64,000 nt of DNA from Minisyncoccota bacterium (GCA_040879725.1 JBBDJV010000010.1:52892-116891), one strand, 5' to 3'; shown: positions 37,515 to 47,750, counted from the first letter of the stretch. Numbers and translations: made by a program. The notes: generated from the sequence alone by a model not told the origin.

Positions 37515-37696
37515 GGTCTGTACCGCGTTTTGCGCGCTTCTTTTTTTACTTTGTTGTTACAGTGGAGAAAGAAGGCGCGAACAAAGTATTTATTAGCGCT
37601 CTCATTTGTTTGGGAGAGATGCTAGTAGGGAGCCTTTAGTCATTTCTCGTGCACTAAATGCTCTATTGCTAGCTAAATATATAACATAATTATAGT

Positions 37697-38887
37697 ATGA
37701 CGGATTTTGATCGTTCAAAACCACACGTAAACGTAGGAACCATCGGTCACGTAGACCATGGTAAGACTACGCTTACAGCAGCTATCCTCCACAGTCTAAA
37801 CTTGGCAGGAAGCACTGTGCGAATGAAGAAAGTAGATGAAATTGACAGCGCGCCTGAAGAAAAGGCTCGTGGTATTACTATTTCATTGTCTCACAACGAG
37901 TACGAGACAGAAGCTCGACACTATGCGCACATTGATGCGCCTGGTCACGCTGACTATATTAAGAACATGATCACTGGTGCCGCACAGATGGACGGTGCTG
38001 TTCTTGTAGTTGCAGCGACAGACGGTGTTATGCCACAAACACGTGAACACATTTTGCTTGCAAAGCAGGTAGGTGTTCCAAAGATCATTGTATTTTTGAA
38101 CAAGTGTGACATGGTAGATGACGCTGATCTTATTGAACTCGTAGAAGAAGAAGTTCGAGAATTACTTACAAAGCATGGATTTGATGGTGCAAATGCCCCA
38201 GTTATCAAGGGTTCTGCGCTTAAGGCACTTGAATCAGCTGGAAAGGATGATGAATGGGTAAAGAAGGTTCTTGAGCTTACAAATGCTCTTGATACTTATA
38301 TTCCAGTACCGGTTCGAGAAACTGAAAAGCCTTTCTTGATGCCAATCGAAGACATCTTCACTATTGAAGGACGTGGAACAGTAGTAACAGGAAGAATTGA
38401 GCGAGGAGAGCTTAATTTGAACGATGAAGTTGAAATTGTTGGTATTAAAGATACTGCAAAGACTTCAGTTACTGGTATTGAGATGTTTAACAAACAGCTA
38501 AAGCAAGGAATGGCAGGAGACAATGCTGGAATCTTGCTCCGAGGTACAAAGAAAGAAGATGTACACCGTGGACAAGTTCTTGCAAAGCCAGGTTCTGTTA
38601 CACCTCATACAGAGTTTGAATCAGAAGTATACATTCTTACAAAGGATGAAGGAGGACGACACACACCATTCGTAAATGGATACAAGCCACAGTTTTACAT
38701 CCGAACAACAGACGTAACTGGAGAAGTAACCCTTCCAGAAGGATCTGAAATGGTTATGCCAGGAGATACTGTTAAGTTCAAGGTAAAGCTCGTAGCACCA
38801 GTTGCGCTTGAAGAGCAACAGCGATTCGCTATCCGAGAAGGAGGACGAACTGTTGGAGCTGGTGTGGTAACGAAAGTAATTGCATAA
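37697..38887 (+). CDS. tuf: Elongation factor Tu
   Basis: [32 protein letters not shown]. Confidence 0.99.
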   Translation: MTDFDRSKPHVNVGTIGHVDHGKTTLTAAILHSLNLAGSTVRMKKVDEIDSAPEEKARGITISLSHNEYETEARHYAHIDAPGHADYIKNMITGAAQMDGAVLVVAATDGVMPQTREHILLAKQVGVPKIIVFLNKCDMVDDADLIELVEEEVRELLTKHGFDGANAPVIKGSALKALESAGKDDEWVKKVLELTNALDTYIPVPVRETEKPFLMPIEDIFTIEGRGTVVTGRIERGELNLNDEVEIVGIKDTAKTSVTGIEMFNKQLKQGMAGDNAGILLRGTKKEDVHRGQVLAKPGSVTPHTEFESEVYILTKDEGGRHTPFVNGYKPQFYIRTTDVTGEVTLPEGSEMVMPGDTVKFKVKLVAPVALEEQQRFAIREGGRTVGAGVVTKVIA

Positions 38888-38895
38888 CCATATCT

Positions 38896-39261
38896 ATGGC
38901 GACTACAGCCACAACTAAAAAAGAAACACGAAAAAAGAAGGCGGCATCTGATGCGCAGTCTAAACTGAGAATTCGAGTTAGAGCGTATGAACACAAGGTT
39001 CTTGACGCTTCAATCAAGCAAATAATCGACACAGCTGTTAGATTTGATGCGGTGATTGAGGGTCCAGTTCCACTTCCTACTGAGTATAAAAAGTACACAG
39101 TAAATCGTTCATCGTTTATATTCAAGGATGCACGAGAGCAGTTTGAAATGCGTGTACACAAGAGATTGATAGACATAGTGAATCCTTCAGCAAAAATTGT
39201 TGAATCACTTACAAATCTTGTGCTACCTTCTGGAGTAAGTATCGAAGTTAAAATGATCTAA
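38896..39261 (+). CDS. rpsJ: 30S ribosomal protein S10 with N-terminal extension
   Basis: [32 protein letters not shown]. Confidence 0.97.
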   Translation: MATTATTKKETRKKKAASDAQSKLRIRVRAYEHKVLDASIKQIIDTAVRFDAVIEGPVPLPTEYKKYTVNRSSFIFKDAREQFEMRVHKRLIDIVNPSAKIVESLTNLVLPSGVSIEVKMI

Positions 39262-39336
39262 TTTGGGATTTAGGTCGCTAGGCCAGCATATCCTTGACTT
39301 TCAAGGGCGGGCCTAGTATCCTAGAGCCTAATTTTT

Positions 39337-39957
39337 ATGAAATACATTCTTGGAACAAAGGAATACATGACACTCGTCTTTGACGAAGAGGGAGTAGCGC
39401 GAAGCGCGACAGTTGTTTCAGCTGGTCCTATTACTGTTACTCAAATCAAGACAAAAAGTATTGATGGATACGATGCTGTTCAGGTTGGCTTTATGGCACA
39501 ATCTGAAAAGAAAACACTGAAAGCACAGAAAGGTCATTGCAAAGGGAATGGTTTTAAAAAGTACACAGAAATAAGAATGCCAGCTGATAAGGCTTCAGCG
39601 TATAAAGTTGGAGATGTTATTTCAACAGAAATATTCGCAAGTGGCGACAGTGTTGTTGTTAGCGGAACAAGTAAAGGAAAAGGGTTCCAAGGTGTTGTTA
39701 AGCGACATGGTTTCCACGGAGGACGACGTAGTCACGGTCAAAAGCACTCAGAGCGTGAAGCGGGGTCTATTGGTGGAGGAGGACGTGCTGGAGGGCGCGT
39801 GGTAAAGGGTATGCGAATGCCAGGACGAATGGGTAATGACACTATTACTGTTAAGGGTCTTACTATCCTTGCGGTAATTCCAGAAGAGCATAAATTAATT
39901 GTTGGTGGAGCGCTACCCGGAAGACGAGGTACAGTTCTTAGCATAGCGTCAGAATAA
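39337..39957 (+). CDS. rplC: 50S ribosomal protein L3
   Basis: DGYDAVQVG, SKGKGFQGVVKRH. Confidence 0.97.
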   Translation: MKYILGTKEYMTLVFDEEGVARSATVVSAGPITVTQIKTKSIDGYDAVQVGFMAQSEKKTLKAQKGHCKGNGFKKYTEIRMPADKASAYKVGDVISTEIFASGDSVVVSGTSKGKGFQGVVKRHGFHGGRRSHGQKHSEREAGSIGGGGRAGGRVVKGMRMPGRMGNDTITVKGLTILAVIPEEHKLIVGGALPGRRGTVLSIASE

Positions 39958-39961
39958 TTAT

Positions 39962-40633
39962 ATGGAAGCAAAAATATACAATCAGTCAGGAAAGTCTACC
40001 GGAAGCATCACATTGCCAGAGTCAGTTTTTGGTGTTGCGTGGAACTCAGACATGGTGCACCAGGTGGTTACTACCATGCAGGCAAATGCCCGAACACCAG
40101 TAGCGCACACACATGACAGAAGTGAACAGCGCGGAGGTGGTAAAAAGCCATGGAAGCAAAAGGGAACAGGAAACGCTCGACACGGTTCTCGCCGATCTCC
40201 AATCTGGAGAGGAGGAGGAGTAACCTTTGGTCCACGTAATGATAAAAAATACGGTGGTTCAATCCCGCACGCAATGAAGGTGAAAGCACTTTATTCAGTT
40301 CTTTCAAAGAAGTTTGCAGATAATGAGATTATTTTCGTAGATTCTCTTTCTTTTGCTGAACCAAAGACAAAAGACGCAAAGGGTGTTCTACAGGATCTGG
40401 CAAAGGTAACCGGAAACGGTCTTGTTGAAAAGAAGACAAACAGTGCTTATATTGCACTAACCGAAGCAGATAAGAATGTGGCGAAGAGTTTTTCTAACAT
40501 GGGAAATATTACCGTAGACGAAGTTCGAAATATAAATCCTGTAGCACTGCTTAAGTCAAAGTATCTTATTGTGTTGAACCCGAAAGACGCTATTGCATTT
40601 TTGAGCAGTAAGAATAAGAAACAAGCAAAGTAA
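39962..40633 (+). CDS. rplD: 50S ribosomal protein L4
   Basis: GGGKKPWKQKGTGNARHGS. Confidence 0.97.
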   Translation: MEAKIYNQSGKSTGSITLPESVFGVAWNSDMVHQVVTTMQANARTPVAHTHDRSEQRGGGKKPWKQKGTGNARHGSRRSPIWRGGGVTFGPRNDKKYGGSIPHAMKVKALYSVLSKKFADNEIIFVDSLSFAEPKTKDAKGVLQDLAKVTGNGLVEKKTNSAYIALTEADKNVAKSFSNMGNITVDEVRNINPVALLKSKYLIVLNPKDAIAFLSSKNKKQAK

Positions 40634-40634
40634 T

Positions 40635-41006
40635 ATGGGAATTTTTAATAAAACAAAGAAAGAAGAGAAAAAGACATCTGAAGAAACAACTTCAGTGGCT
40701 CTAAAGACACCGGCAGTATCACTCCACGACACTCGTGCTAGTGGTGTATTACTTGATCCTCGTATCACTGAAAAAGCTACAGATACAGCTGAGAAAAACA
40801 TCTTTGTGTTCAATGTTGCTCCATCTTCAACAAAGCAACAGATTGCACAGTCAGTAAAAGAAGTATATAACGTAACTCCAACAAAGATTCGTATTACAAA
40901 AATTCCTCGCAAGAGTATTTTTATGAAAGGAAAGAAAGGATTTACCGCATCAGCAAAGAAAGCGTATATTTACCTAAAAAAGGGAGACAAAATTGAAATT
41001 GTATAA
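40635..41006 (+). CDS. rplW: 50S ribosomal protein L23 with N-terminal extension
   Basis: PRITEKA, KKAYIYLKKG; position in the S10 operon. Confidence 0.95.
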   Translation: MGIFNKTKKEEKKTSEETTSVALKTPAVSLHDTRASGVLLDPRITEKATDTAEKNIFVFNVAPSSTKQQIAQSVKEVYNVTPTKIRITKIPRKSIFMKGKKGFTASAKKAYIYLKKGDKIEIV

Positions 41007-41008
41007 CC

Positions 41009-41854
41009 ATGAAAAAGTATAAACCGACAACAGCATCACGACGACACATGACCGGTATTGATTACCGAAAGCTTCTTACTGCGTCAAAACCAGAAAAGTC
41101 TTTGGTAAAGGGAGGAAAGAGAAGTGCTGCTCGTAACAATGCGGGAAGAATGACTGTTCGACACAAGGGAGGTGGACACAAGCGCCTTTTCCGAGACGTT
41201 GACTTTACTAATGGATGTCTTGATGTTCCTGCGGTAATAAAAACTATTGAGTACGATCCACACCGAACTGGCTTTATTGCATTGTCGGTGTATAAGAATG
41301 GAAAAAAGGTTTACATTCTTGCTCCACAGAAGCTTGCTGTTGGTGACGAAATTCTTTCAAGTGAGCAAGCTCCTATAGCTCCAGGTAACCGCACTCCACT
41401 TAAAAACATTCCTATTGGTACCTTTGTATACAATGTTGAGCTTAAACCGCACGGAGGGGCTAAATTAGCTCGATCTGCGGGTAACTACGCAGAAGTAATT
41501 GCTCGTGATGCTGGGTACGTAGACCTAAAGATGCCATCATCTGAAGTTCGAAAGGTACTTGAGACAGCGTGGGCAAGTATTGGAGAAGTTTCAAACCCAG
41601 AAAATCGTCTGGTAAATATTGGAAAGGCTGGACGAAGCAGATGGCTTGGAATTCGACCGAAAGTACGTGGTACAGCCATGAACCCAGTAGACCACCCACA
41701 CGGTGGAGGAGAGGGTGTTCAAGGACGTGGTTTGAGACGTGCTAAGAACATGTGGGGTAAGCCTATTGGAAAGGGTCAGAAGACTCGAGCACCAAAGAAA
41801 TACTCCAATGCGCACATTGTACGAAGAAGGAAAGTTGGAAAGAAGCGCTCCTAG
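41009..41854 (+). CDS. rplB: 50S ribosomal protein L2
   Basis: IEYDP, RGTAMNPVDHPHGGGEG. Confidence 0.98.
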   Translation: MKKYKPTTASRRHMTGIDYRKLLTASKPEKSLVKGGKRSAARNNAGRMTVRHKGGGHKRLFRDVDFTNGCLDVPAVIKTIEYDPHRTGFIALSVYKNGKKVYILAPQKLAVGDEILSSEQAPIAPGNRTPLKNIPIGTFVYNVELKPHGGAKLARSAGNYAEVIARDAGYVDLKMPSSEVRKVLETAWASIGEVSNPENRLVNIGKAGRSRWLGIRPKVRGTAMNPVDHPHGGGEGVQGRGLRRAKNMWGKPIGKGQKTRAPKKYSNAHIVRRRKVGKKRS

Positions 41855-41974
41855 GAGTTGACTTTCCGTTGAAGCTCGGAGAATCACTCTTGGTTTCAAC
41901 GGATAGTTGACTTTACTGTGTATTTTGGTACGCTACTATCTGCTAGTCCATACAACGGGCTATTTATTTTACAA

Positions 41975-42301
41975 ATGACACGATCACTAAAAAAAGGACC
42001 ATACGTAGACGAAAGACTCTTGAAGAAAATTCAAGGTCACCGTCCTGGAAGCACCGGGCCTATTAAGACCTGGGCGCGCAGCAGTCAAATCTCACCGGAA
42101 ATGGTTGGTTTTACTTTTGCGGTTCATAACGGAAAAGACCATATTGAAGTTTTGGTAACCGAAGAAATGGTAGGACATCGATTAGGTGAATTTTCTCCTA
42201 CACGTAAGTTCGTTAGACACGGAGGAAAGATGCAGAAAGAACTTGAGCAAAAGAAAAAGGAAGCTGAAATTTCAGCAGCTAAGGCAGCTAAAGGAGCATA
42301 A
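41975..42301 (+). CDS. rpsS: 30S ribosomal protein S19
   Basis: [28 protein letters not shown]. Confidence 0.98.
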   Translation: MTRSLKKGPYVDERLLKKIQGHRPGSTGPIKTWARSSQISPEMVGFTFAVHNGKDHIEVLVTEEMVGHRLGEFSPTRKFVRHGGKMQKELEQKKKEAEISAAKAAKGA

Positions 42302-42309
42302 TTATTTTC

Positions 42310-42804
42310 ATGAAATCAACTGCTACATTAACTAACTACAGACAGTCACCACGAAAGGTTCGTGTTGTCGGAGAACTTGTAAAAGGCAAGACTGTTTCAA
42401 ATGCGCTTATTTCTCTTGATTTGCTTCCGAAGAGAGCTAGTCTTCCTATACGTAAACTTATCCTCTCTGCGCTTGCAAATGCAAAAGGTCAAGGAGAGAG
42501 CGAGCTTGAAGGTCTTATTGTGAAGAATATAACTATCGACAAGGGGGTTGTTCTTCACCGATGGCTTCCAAAGGCTCGCGGACGAGCTACTCCACTTCGA
42601 AAGAAGTGTAGCCATGTTACCGTGACACTTGTAAGTCGGGATGAGATCGGCAAGAAGAATAAGAAAGTATCTGAAGCGAAGCACGTGGTAGCAGAAAAGA
42701 AGCCACGTCCTCAAAAAGAAGAATTGAGCGAGGAGAAAAAGACTGTAGCGAAAAAAACGACTACTAAGAAAGCAAGTACAGCTAAATCTAAATCTACAAA
42801 ATAG
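42310..42804 (+). CDS. rplV: 50S ribosomal protein L22 with Lys-rich tail
   Basis: RQSPRKVR, PKARGRA, SHVTV. Confidence 0.97.
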   Translation: MKSTATLTNYRQSPRKVRVVGELVKGKTVSNALISLDLLPKRASLPIRKLILSALANAKGQGESELEGLIVKNITIDKGVVLHRWLPKARGRATPLRKKCSHVTVTLVSRDEIGKKNKKVSEAKHVVAEKKPRPQKEELSEEKKTVAKKTTTKKASTAKSKSTK

Positions 42805-42806
42805 TT

Positions 42807-43487
42807 ATGACACACAAAGTTCATCCATTTTCACATCGCCTTGGAATTATCAGAGACTGGAAATCTCGATGGTTTGGTCCAAAGGATAAATACGCGCAGT
42901 ACCTGAAACAGGATGTGCTTATTCGAGAATTCTTGGTAAAAAGACTTCGAGGTTCATACATTAGCTCTATAGAAATGGAGCGAAGTGAAAAAACTCTCCG
43001 TGTGATTATAAAGACATCTCGTCCGGGAATGGTTATCGGAAGAAGCGGTGAGGGAAGTACTAAGCTTCGAGAAGATGTGGCAAAGCTCGTAAAACGAAAA
43101 GGGTTGAATCTTACGCAAGAGCTGAAGCTTGATATTGAAGAAGTTCGTGTTCCTGAAGCTGATGCATCTATTGTCGCGTACATGGTTGCTGAAGGACTTG
43201 AAAAGCGTATGCCATTTCGACGTGTGCTCAAGCAGACTGTTGAAAAGGTTGTAGCAAACCGAGATGTAAAAGGGGTACGAATTGTTATGTCAGGACGCCT
43301 TGGTGGAGCAGATATGGCACGACGAGAAGAGCTAAAGAAAGGACAGATTCCACTTCAAACATTCCGTGCTGATATTGATTTTGCTCGAGAGAAAGCACAT
43401 CTTCCGTACGGAGATATCGGAATTCAAGTTTGGATTTACCGAGGAATGATTTTCGATAAAGATAAGACAGCAACACATAACGCATAA
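42807..43487 (+). CDS. rpsC: 30S ribosomal protein S3
   Basis: HKVHP..RLGI, RPGMVIG, PLQTFRADID. Confidence 0.98.
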   Translation: MTHKVHPFSHRLGIIRDWKSRWFGPKDKYAQYLKQDVLIREFLVKRLRGSYISSIEMERSEKTLRVIIKTSRPGMVIGRSGEGSTKLREDVAKLVKRKGLNLTQELKLDIEEVRVPEADASIVAYMVAEGLEKRMPFRRVLKQTVEKVVANRDVKGVRIVMSGRLGGADMARREELKKGQIPLQTFRADIDFAREKAHLPYGDIGIQVWIYRGMIFDKDKTATHNA

Positions 43488-43495
43488 TTACTACC

Positions 43496-43915
43496 ATGTT
43501 ATTTCCAAAAAAAGTAAAACACCGAAAATGGCAAACAGGTCGACGAAACAAAAGTCGTCCGCTTGTAGCAACCAGAGGAACATCAGTTTCTTTCGGATCT
43601 TTTGGTGTGAAAGCAACAGGAAGTGCTCGAGTTAAGTCTAATCAAATAGAATCAGCACGAAAAGTTATTTCTCGAGCTATCGGTAAAACCGGCAAGATGT
43701 GGATTCGAATTTTCCCAGACCGACCATATACTCAAAAAGGAGCGGAAGTACCGATGGGTAAAGGAAAAGGAGATCTACAAGGATACGTATTTGAAGTAGA
43801 AAGCGGACGCGTACTTTTTGAAGTAGATGGAGTAACAGAAGAAGTGGCGCGAGAGGCTTTTAGGAAAGCAGGAGCAAAACTTCCGATAGCAACCAAGGTA
43901 GTAATCAGAAGGTAA
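43496..43915 (+). CDS. rplP: 50S ribosomal protein L16
   Basis: QIESARK, WIRIFPD, MGKGKG. Confidence 0.98.
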   Translation: MLFPKKVKHRKWQTGRRNKSRPLVATRGTSVSFGSFGVKATGSARVKSNQIESARKVISRAIGKTGKMWIRIFPDRPYTQKGAEVPMGKGKGDLQGYVFEVESGRVLFEVDGVTEEVAREAFRKAGAKLPIATKVVIRR

Positions 43916-43957
43916 TTGTTGACTTACTCTCAAAAATAACTACTATAAACCAACCAC

Positions 43958-44140
43958 ATGTCAGATTTACAAAAAACATCAGAAAAAGATTTACTGAAAA
44001 ACCTAGCAGATTTGCGAGAGAAGGTTCGTGTGCTTCGGTTTGGTAAAGCTGGAAGTGGTTCACGAAATGTCCGAGAGGGGAGAAATATTCGAAAGCAGAT
44101 AGCACGTGTAGCAACAGAGCTTAGCGCCCGACAAAAATAA
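43958..44140 (+). CDS. rpmC: 50S ribosomal protein L29
   Basis: [13 protein letters not shown]; position in the operon. Confidence 0.93.
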   Translation: MSDLQKTSEKDLLKNLADLREKVRVLRFGKAGSGSRNVREGRNIRKQIARVATELSARQK

Positions 44141-44141
44141 T

Positions 44142-44387
44142 ATGACAAATAACGAATTAGTTCACAAAAAAATATTCAAGGGCGTAGTCGTATCAGACAA
44201 GATGAAGGATACGGTTGTGGTTTTGGTAGAGCGTTTTGTTAAGCACCCGAAATACAAGAAGTATATTAAGCGTTCAAAGAAGTACCATGCTCATAATCCT
44301 GGAAATACCGTCCGTATCGGAGAGACAGTTCAGATTAAGGAGACACGACCAATTTCAAAGACTAAGTCGTTTGAAGTAATTTCATAA
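44142..44387 (+). CDS. rpsQ: 30S ribosomal protein S17
   Basis: [26 protein letters not shown]. Confidence 0.97.
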   Translation: MTNNELVHKKIFKGVVVSDKMKDTVVVLVERFVKHPKYKKYIKRSKKYHAHNPGNTVRIGETVQIKETRPISKTKSFEVIS

Positions 44388-44388
44388 T

Positions 44389-44760
44389 ATGATTCAACCA
44401 CAAAGTATAGTTAAAATAACAGACAACTCAGGCGGTAAGGTAGGCCGAGTGTTCAAAGTGCTTGGAAGCTCTAAGCGCCGATATGCATACATTGGAGATG
44501 TTGTGGTACTTTCAGTGCAGACTGCAGAGCCACGTAAGGGTGTAAAGAAAAAGGATGTTCACCACGCGGTAGTTGTTAGAACACGAAACACCTTCCGAAG
44601 AAAGGATGGTTCACATATTCGGTTTGACGATAACGCTGTGGTTATTTTGGAAAAAGGAAAGCAGGAACCAAAAGCAGGTCGTGTATTCGGTCCTATCCCG
44701 AGAGAGATTGCAGATCTTGGTTATCAGAAAATTGCATCATTGGCCCCAGAGGTTGTATAA
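44389..44760 (+). CDS. rplN: 50S ribosomal protein L14
   Basis: DNSG, AVVVRT, DGSHIRFDDNA, SLAPEV. Confidence 0.98.
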   Translation: MIQPQSIVKITDNSGGKVGRVFKVLGSSKRRYAYIGDVVVLSVQTAEPRKGVKKKDVHHAVVVRTRNTFRRKDGSHIRFDDNAVVILEKGKQEPKAGRVFGPIPREIADLGYQKIASLAPEVV

Positions 44761-44767
44761 AACTATT

Positions 44768-45070
44768 ATGCGTATAAAAAAAGGAGACAACTGCATAGTG
44801 ATTTCAGGAAAAGATAAAGGGAAGACCTCTACCGTTATTCGCGTTATTCCTGGTGAGGACAAAGTTATTCTTGAAGGCATTAACATGCAAAAGAAGCATA
44901 TTCGTGCACGAAAGAGTAACGAAAAGGGGCAAGTGGTTGAGCGAGCATTTCCTGTTCATATTTCAAATGTTATGCCGATTGATCCAAAGACCAAAAAGGG
45001 AACTCGAGTACGATTTGCAACAGTTAAAGGTAAAAAGGTTCGTTTGAGTACAAGCGGAACAGAATTATAG
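44768..45070 (+). CDS. rplX: 50S ribosomal protein L24
   Basis: IKKGD.CIVISGKDKG KOW motif, PVHISNV. Confidence 0.96.
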   Translation: MRIKKGDNCIVISGKDKGKTSTVIRVIPGEDKVILEGINMQKKHIRARKSNEKGQVVERAFPVHISNVMPIDPKTKKGTRVRFATVKGKKVRLSTSGTEL

Positions 45071-45071
45071 T

Positions 45072-45605
45072 ATGAAAACAAACAAAGAAAAACAACAACA
45101 AGTATTTGACGCCCTGAAGGGTACCTACGGGTACACTAACGTGTTTGAAGCGCCACATCTTTCAAAGATTGTTATCTCTGCTGGAGTTGGCTCAGTAAAA
45201 GACAAACAAAAAATTGAACTCATACAGGATCGTCTTGCGAAAATTACCGGACAAGCACCGGCAAAAAGAGGAGCAAAGAAGTCTATTGCTTCATTTAAAG
45301 TTCGAGAAGGAGACTTGACTGGTTTCCAAGTTACCCTTCGAGGAACTCGTATGCATGAGTTCTTGAACAAACTCCTTACTATCGCTATTCCACGAACACG
45401 AGACTTCCGAGGTATTCCAAGTGATTCATTCGATGAAATGGGGAATTACACCCTTGGTATCAAGGAACATACAATCTTCCCAGAAACATCAGATGAAGAG
45501 CTTCGAAATGTGTTTGGTTTTGCAGTAACAGTCGTAACAACTGCAAAGTCGATTGAGGAGGCGAGAGCACTTCTCACTCATTTAGGTTTTCCGTTCAAAA
45601 AGTAG
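45072..45605 (+). CDS. rplE: 50S ribosomal protein L5
   Basis: AKKSIASFKVREG, PRTRDFRG, GNYTLGIKE. Confidence 0.98.
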   Translation: MKTNKEKQQQVFDALKGTYGYTNVFEAPHLSKIVISAGVGSVKDKQKIELIQDRLAKITGQAPAKRGAKKSIASFKVREGDLTGFQVTLRGTRMHEFLNKLLTIAIPRTRDFRGIPSDSFDEMGNYTLGIKEHTIFPETSDEELRNVFGFAVTVVTTAKSIEEARALLTHLGFPFKK

Positions 45606-45612
45606 AGCGGAA

Positions 45613-45641
45613 TTGACATGAGCAGTTGTTCTTGTTAGCAT
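45613..45641 (+). promoter_or_regulatory. Internal sigma70-type promoter upstream of S14
   Basis: TTGACA-17 nt-TAGCAT with extended TG. Confidence 0.65.
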
Positions 45642-45675
45642 GTAGCCCAAGCTTTTTCAAGCGATATTTTATTTT

Positions 45676-45861
45676 ATGGCCAAAAAATCAGTAATTGCAC
45701 GATCAGAGAAAAAACCGAAATTCAGCACTCGAACAGTGAATCGATGTTTTCGCTGTGGACGTAAGCGTGCATTTATGCGAGATTTTGGACTATGCAGAAT
45801 TTGTTTCCGAGAATTGGCTAATGATGGAATGCTTCCGGGAGTTAAGAAGTCATCTTGGTAA
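45676..45861 (+). CDS. rpsN: 30S ribosomal protein S14, Zn-binding type Z
   Basis: RCFRCGR...LCRICFRE...PGVKKSSW. Confidence 0.97.
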   Translation: MAKKSVIARSEKKPKFSTRTVNRCFRCGRKRAFMRDFGLCRICFRELANDGMLPGVKKSSW

Positions 45862-45867
45862 AAATAT

Positions 45868-46254
45868 ATGAATGATAAGATTGCAGATACAATAAATAGA
45901 CTCTATACCGCGGGACTTTCAAAGAAAGAAAGTGTTTCAATGTATGGCTCAAAAATGGTTTTTTCAATACTAGAGCTTTTGAAGCGAGAGGGGTATGTTA
46001 CAGACGTTTCTAAAAAAGGTAAGGGAGTGGAAAGTATTTCAGTAACACTAAAGTACAGTGGAGATACTCCTGCTATAAACGGAGTAAAGAGAATTTCAAA
46101 GTCTTCAAAAAGAATGTATTTGAACGTAAGCGGTATTCATCCAGTAAAGTCAGGTAAAGGTGTGCTAGTAATTTCAACCCCAAAGGGAATACTTACTGAC
46201 AAGGAAGCTCGAAAGGCACATGTCGGAGGAGAGCCTTTGTTCACAATTTGGTAA
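45868..46254 (+). CDS. rpsH: 30S ribosomal protein S8
   Basis: ISTPKGILTDKEARKAHVGGE. Confidence 0.96.
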   Translation: MNDKIADTINRLYTAGLSKKESVSMYGSKMVFSILELLKREGYVTDVSKKGKGVESISVTLKYSGDTPAINGVKRISKSSKRMYLNVSGIHPVKSGKGVLVISTPKGILTDKEARKAHVGGEPLFTIW

Positions 46255-46260
46255 AAATAT

Positions 46261-46800
46261 ATGAGTCGTATTGGTAAACAAGAAATACATATTCCGGAAA
46301 AAACAACAGTAACACTCGATGAGTCTACCGGGTTGTTTACCGTGAACGGACCAAAGGGTACTCTTACTCGTACGTTCAAAAAGGATATTGCCATTATGAT
46401 CAATGGAAATATTATTACTACAAAGCCGGTTGTTGAAAATCCTCAAACACTTGCGCTCTGGGGAACGTATTCATCACACATCGATAATATGATTACTGGT
46501 GTAAACACTCCTTTTGAAAAGACTTTGGAAGTTGAAGGAGTGGGTATGCGATGGGAAATGCAAGGAAAGGATATTAAAATGCTTCTCGGTTTCTCACACC
46601 CGGTTATTGTAAAAGTTCCAGAAGGACTAACGGTTACTATTGAAAAGAACGTGATGAAAGTTAACGGAATTGATAAAGAACAAGTGGGACAGTTTGCTGC
46701 AAATATCCGATCAACCAAGAAGCCAGAACCATACAAGGGTAAGGGTATTCACTATCTCGGTGAGGTTATTCTAAGAAAACAAGGTAAGAAATCTGTATAA
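46261..46800 (+). CDS. rplF: 50S ribosomal protein L6
   Basis: MSRIGK, LGFSHP, PEPYKGKGI. Confidence 0.98.
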   Translation: MSRIGKQEIHIPEKTTVTLDESTGLFTVNGPKGTLTRTFKKDIAIMINGNIITTKPVVENPQTLALWGTYSSHIDNMITGVNTPFEKTLEVEGVGMRWEMQGKDIKMLLGFSHPVIVKVPEGLTVTIEKNVMKVNGIDKEQVGQFAANIRSTKKPEPYKGKGIHYLGEVILRKQGKKSV

Positions 46801-46805
46801 AACGT

Positions 46806-47150
46806 ATGAATGAAAAGAAAGAAAAAAGAATACGACGTCATGCTCGAGTACGATCTCGCATAAGTGGAACCGCAAGTCGACCGCGACTTTCTGTTGCAAA
46901 GTCTAACCGATACATCTGGTGCCAGCTTATTGATGATGTGAAAGGCGAAACTATCGCTTATGTAACATCAAAGACTATTGCGCCAGAGAAAACAATGTCA
47001 GAATCAGCTGTGTTGGTAGGAGAGGCAATAGCAAAAGAAGCGAAGACAAAGAAAGTTACCGAAGCGGTATTTGATCGTGGTGGATATGCGTACGTAGGAC
47101 TAATCGAGTCACTTGCAAATTCGGCTCGTAAAGGAGGTTTGAAATTTTAA
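46806..47150 (+). CDS. rplR: 50S ribosomal protein L18
   Basis: RPRLSV, VFDRGG, ARKGGLKF. Confidence 0.97.
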   Translation: MNEKKEKRIRRHARVRSRISGTASRPRLSVAKSNRYIWCQLIDDVKGETIAYVTSKTIAPEKTMSESAVLVGEAIAKEAKTKKVTEAVFDRGGYAYVGLIESLANSARKGGLKF

Positions 47151-47158
47151 TACATACT

Positions 47159-47749
47159 ATGACTGAAGAACAAAAAACAACAGAACAAACTAACGTTGAG
47201 AAAAAGCCTGAAACAACACGCCGACGTTTTGAAGGTGGAGCTCGAGGAGGTGACGACAAGAAGATGCGTCGTGGACGAAGAGATACTCGCCGAAAGGAGA
47301 GAGTAAAGCCTGAGTTTGATCATAAAATAATTTCAATCAGACGCGTTGCTCGTGTGGTTGCTGGAGGACGACGATTCGCTTTCAGCGTAACGCTTGTTGC
47401 GGGTAACAAAAAGGGTTCTGTAGGTGTAGGTCTTGGTAAAGCGGGAGACACTGCGCTTGCGATTGAAAAAGCGTTTCGTGATGCAAAAAAGCGAATGATA
47501 ACCATACCTCTTACGAAAAACCGCTCAATTCCTTACGATGTTCAGGCAAAATACGCAAGTTCAACGATTACCATTGCTCCTGCTCCAGACCGAGGTTTGA
47601 TTGCTGGAAGTTCTGTTCGAACGGTACTTGAATTTGCGGGTGTAACTGATGTTACTTCAAAGATTCTTACACGAAGCAAAAACCAGCTTAATATTGCACG
47701 TGCAACCATTACTGCTCTTGAGCCCTTTACTAAAAAAGTAAACCGATAA
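47159..47749 (+). CDS. rpsE: 30S ribosomal protein S5
   Basis: RRVARVVAGGRRF, VGVGLGKA, GLIAG. Confidence 0.97.
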   Translation: MTEEQKTTEQTNVEKKPETTRRRFEGGARGGDDKKMRRGRRDTRRKERVKPEFDHKIISIRRVARVVAGGRRFAFSVTLVAGNKKGSVGVGLGKAGDTALAIEKAFRDAKKRMITIPLTKNRSIPYDVQAKYASSTITIAPAPDRGLIAGSSVRTVLEFAGVTDVTSKILTRSKNQLNIARATITALEPFTKKVNR

Positions 47750-47750
47750 T

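Noticed and set aside
37439-37639. 66-aa ORF upstream of tuf
   Set aside because: Spans the promoter and structured leader; TTG start and no recognisable motif.
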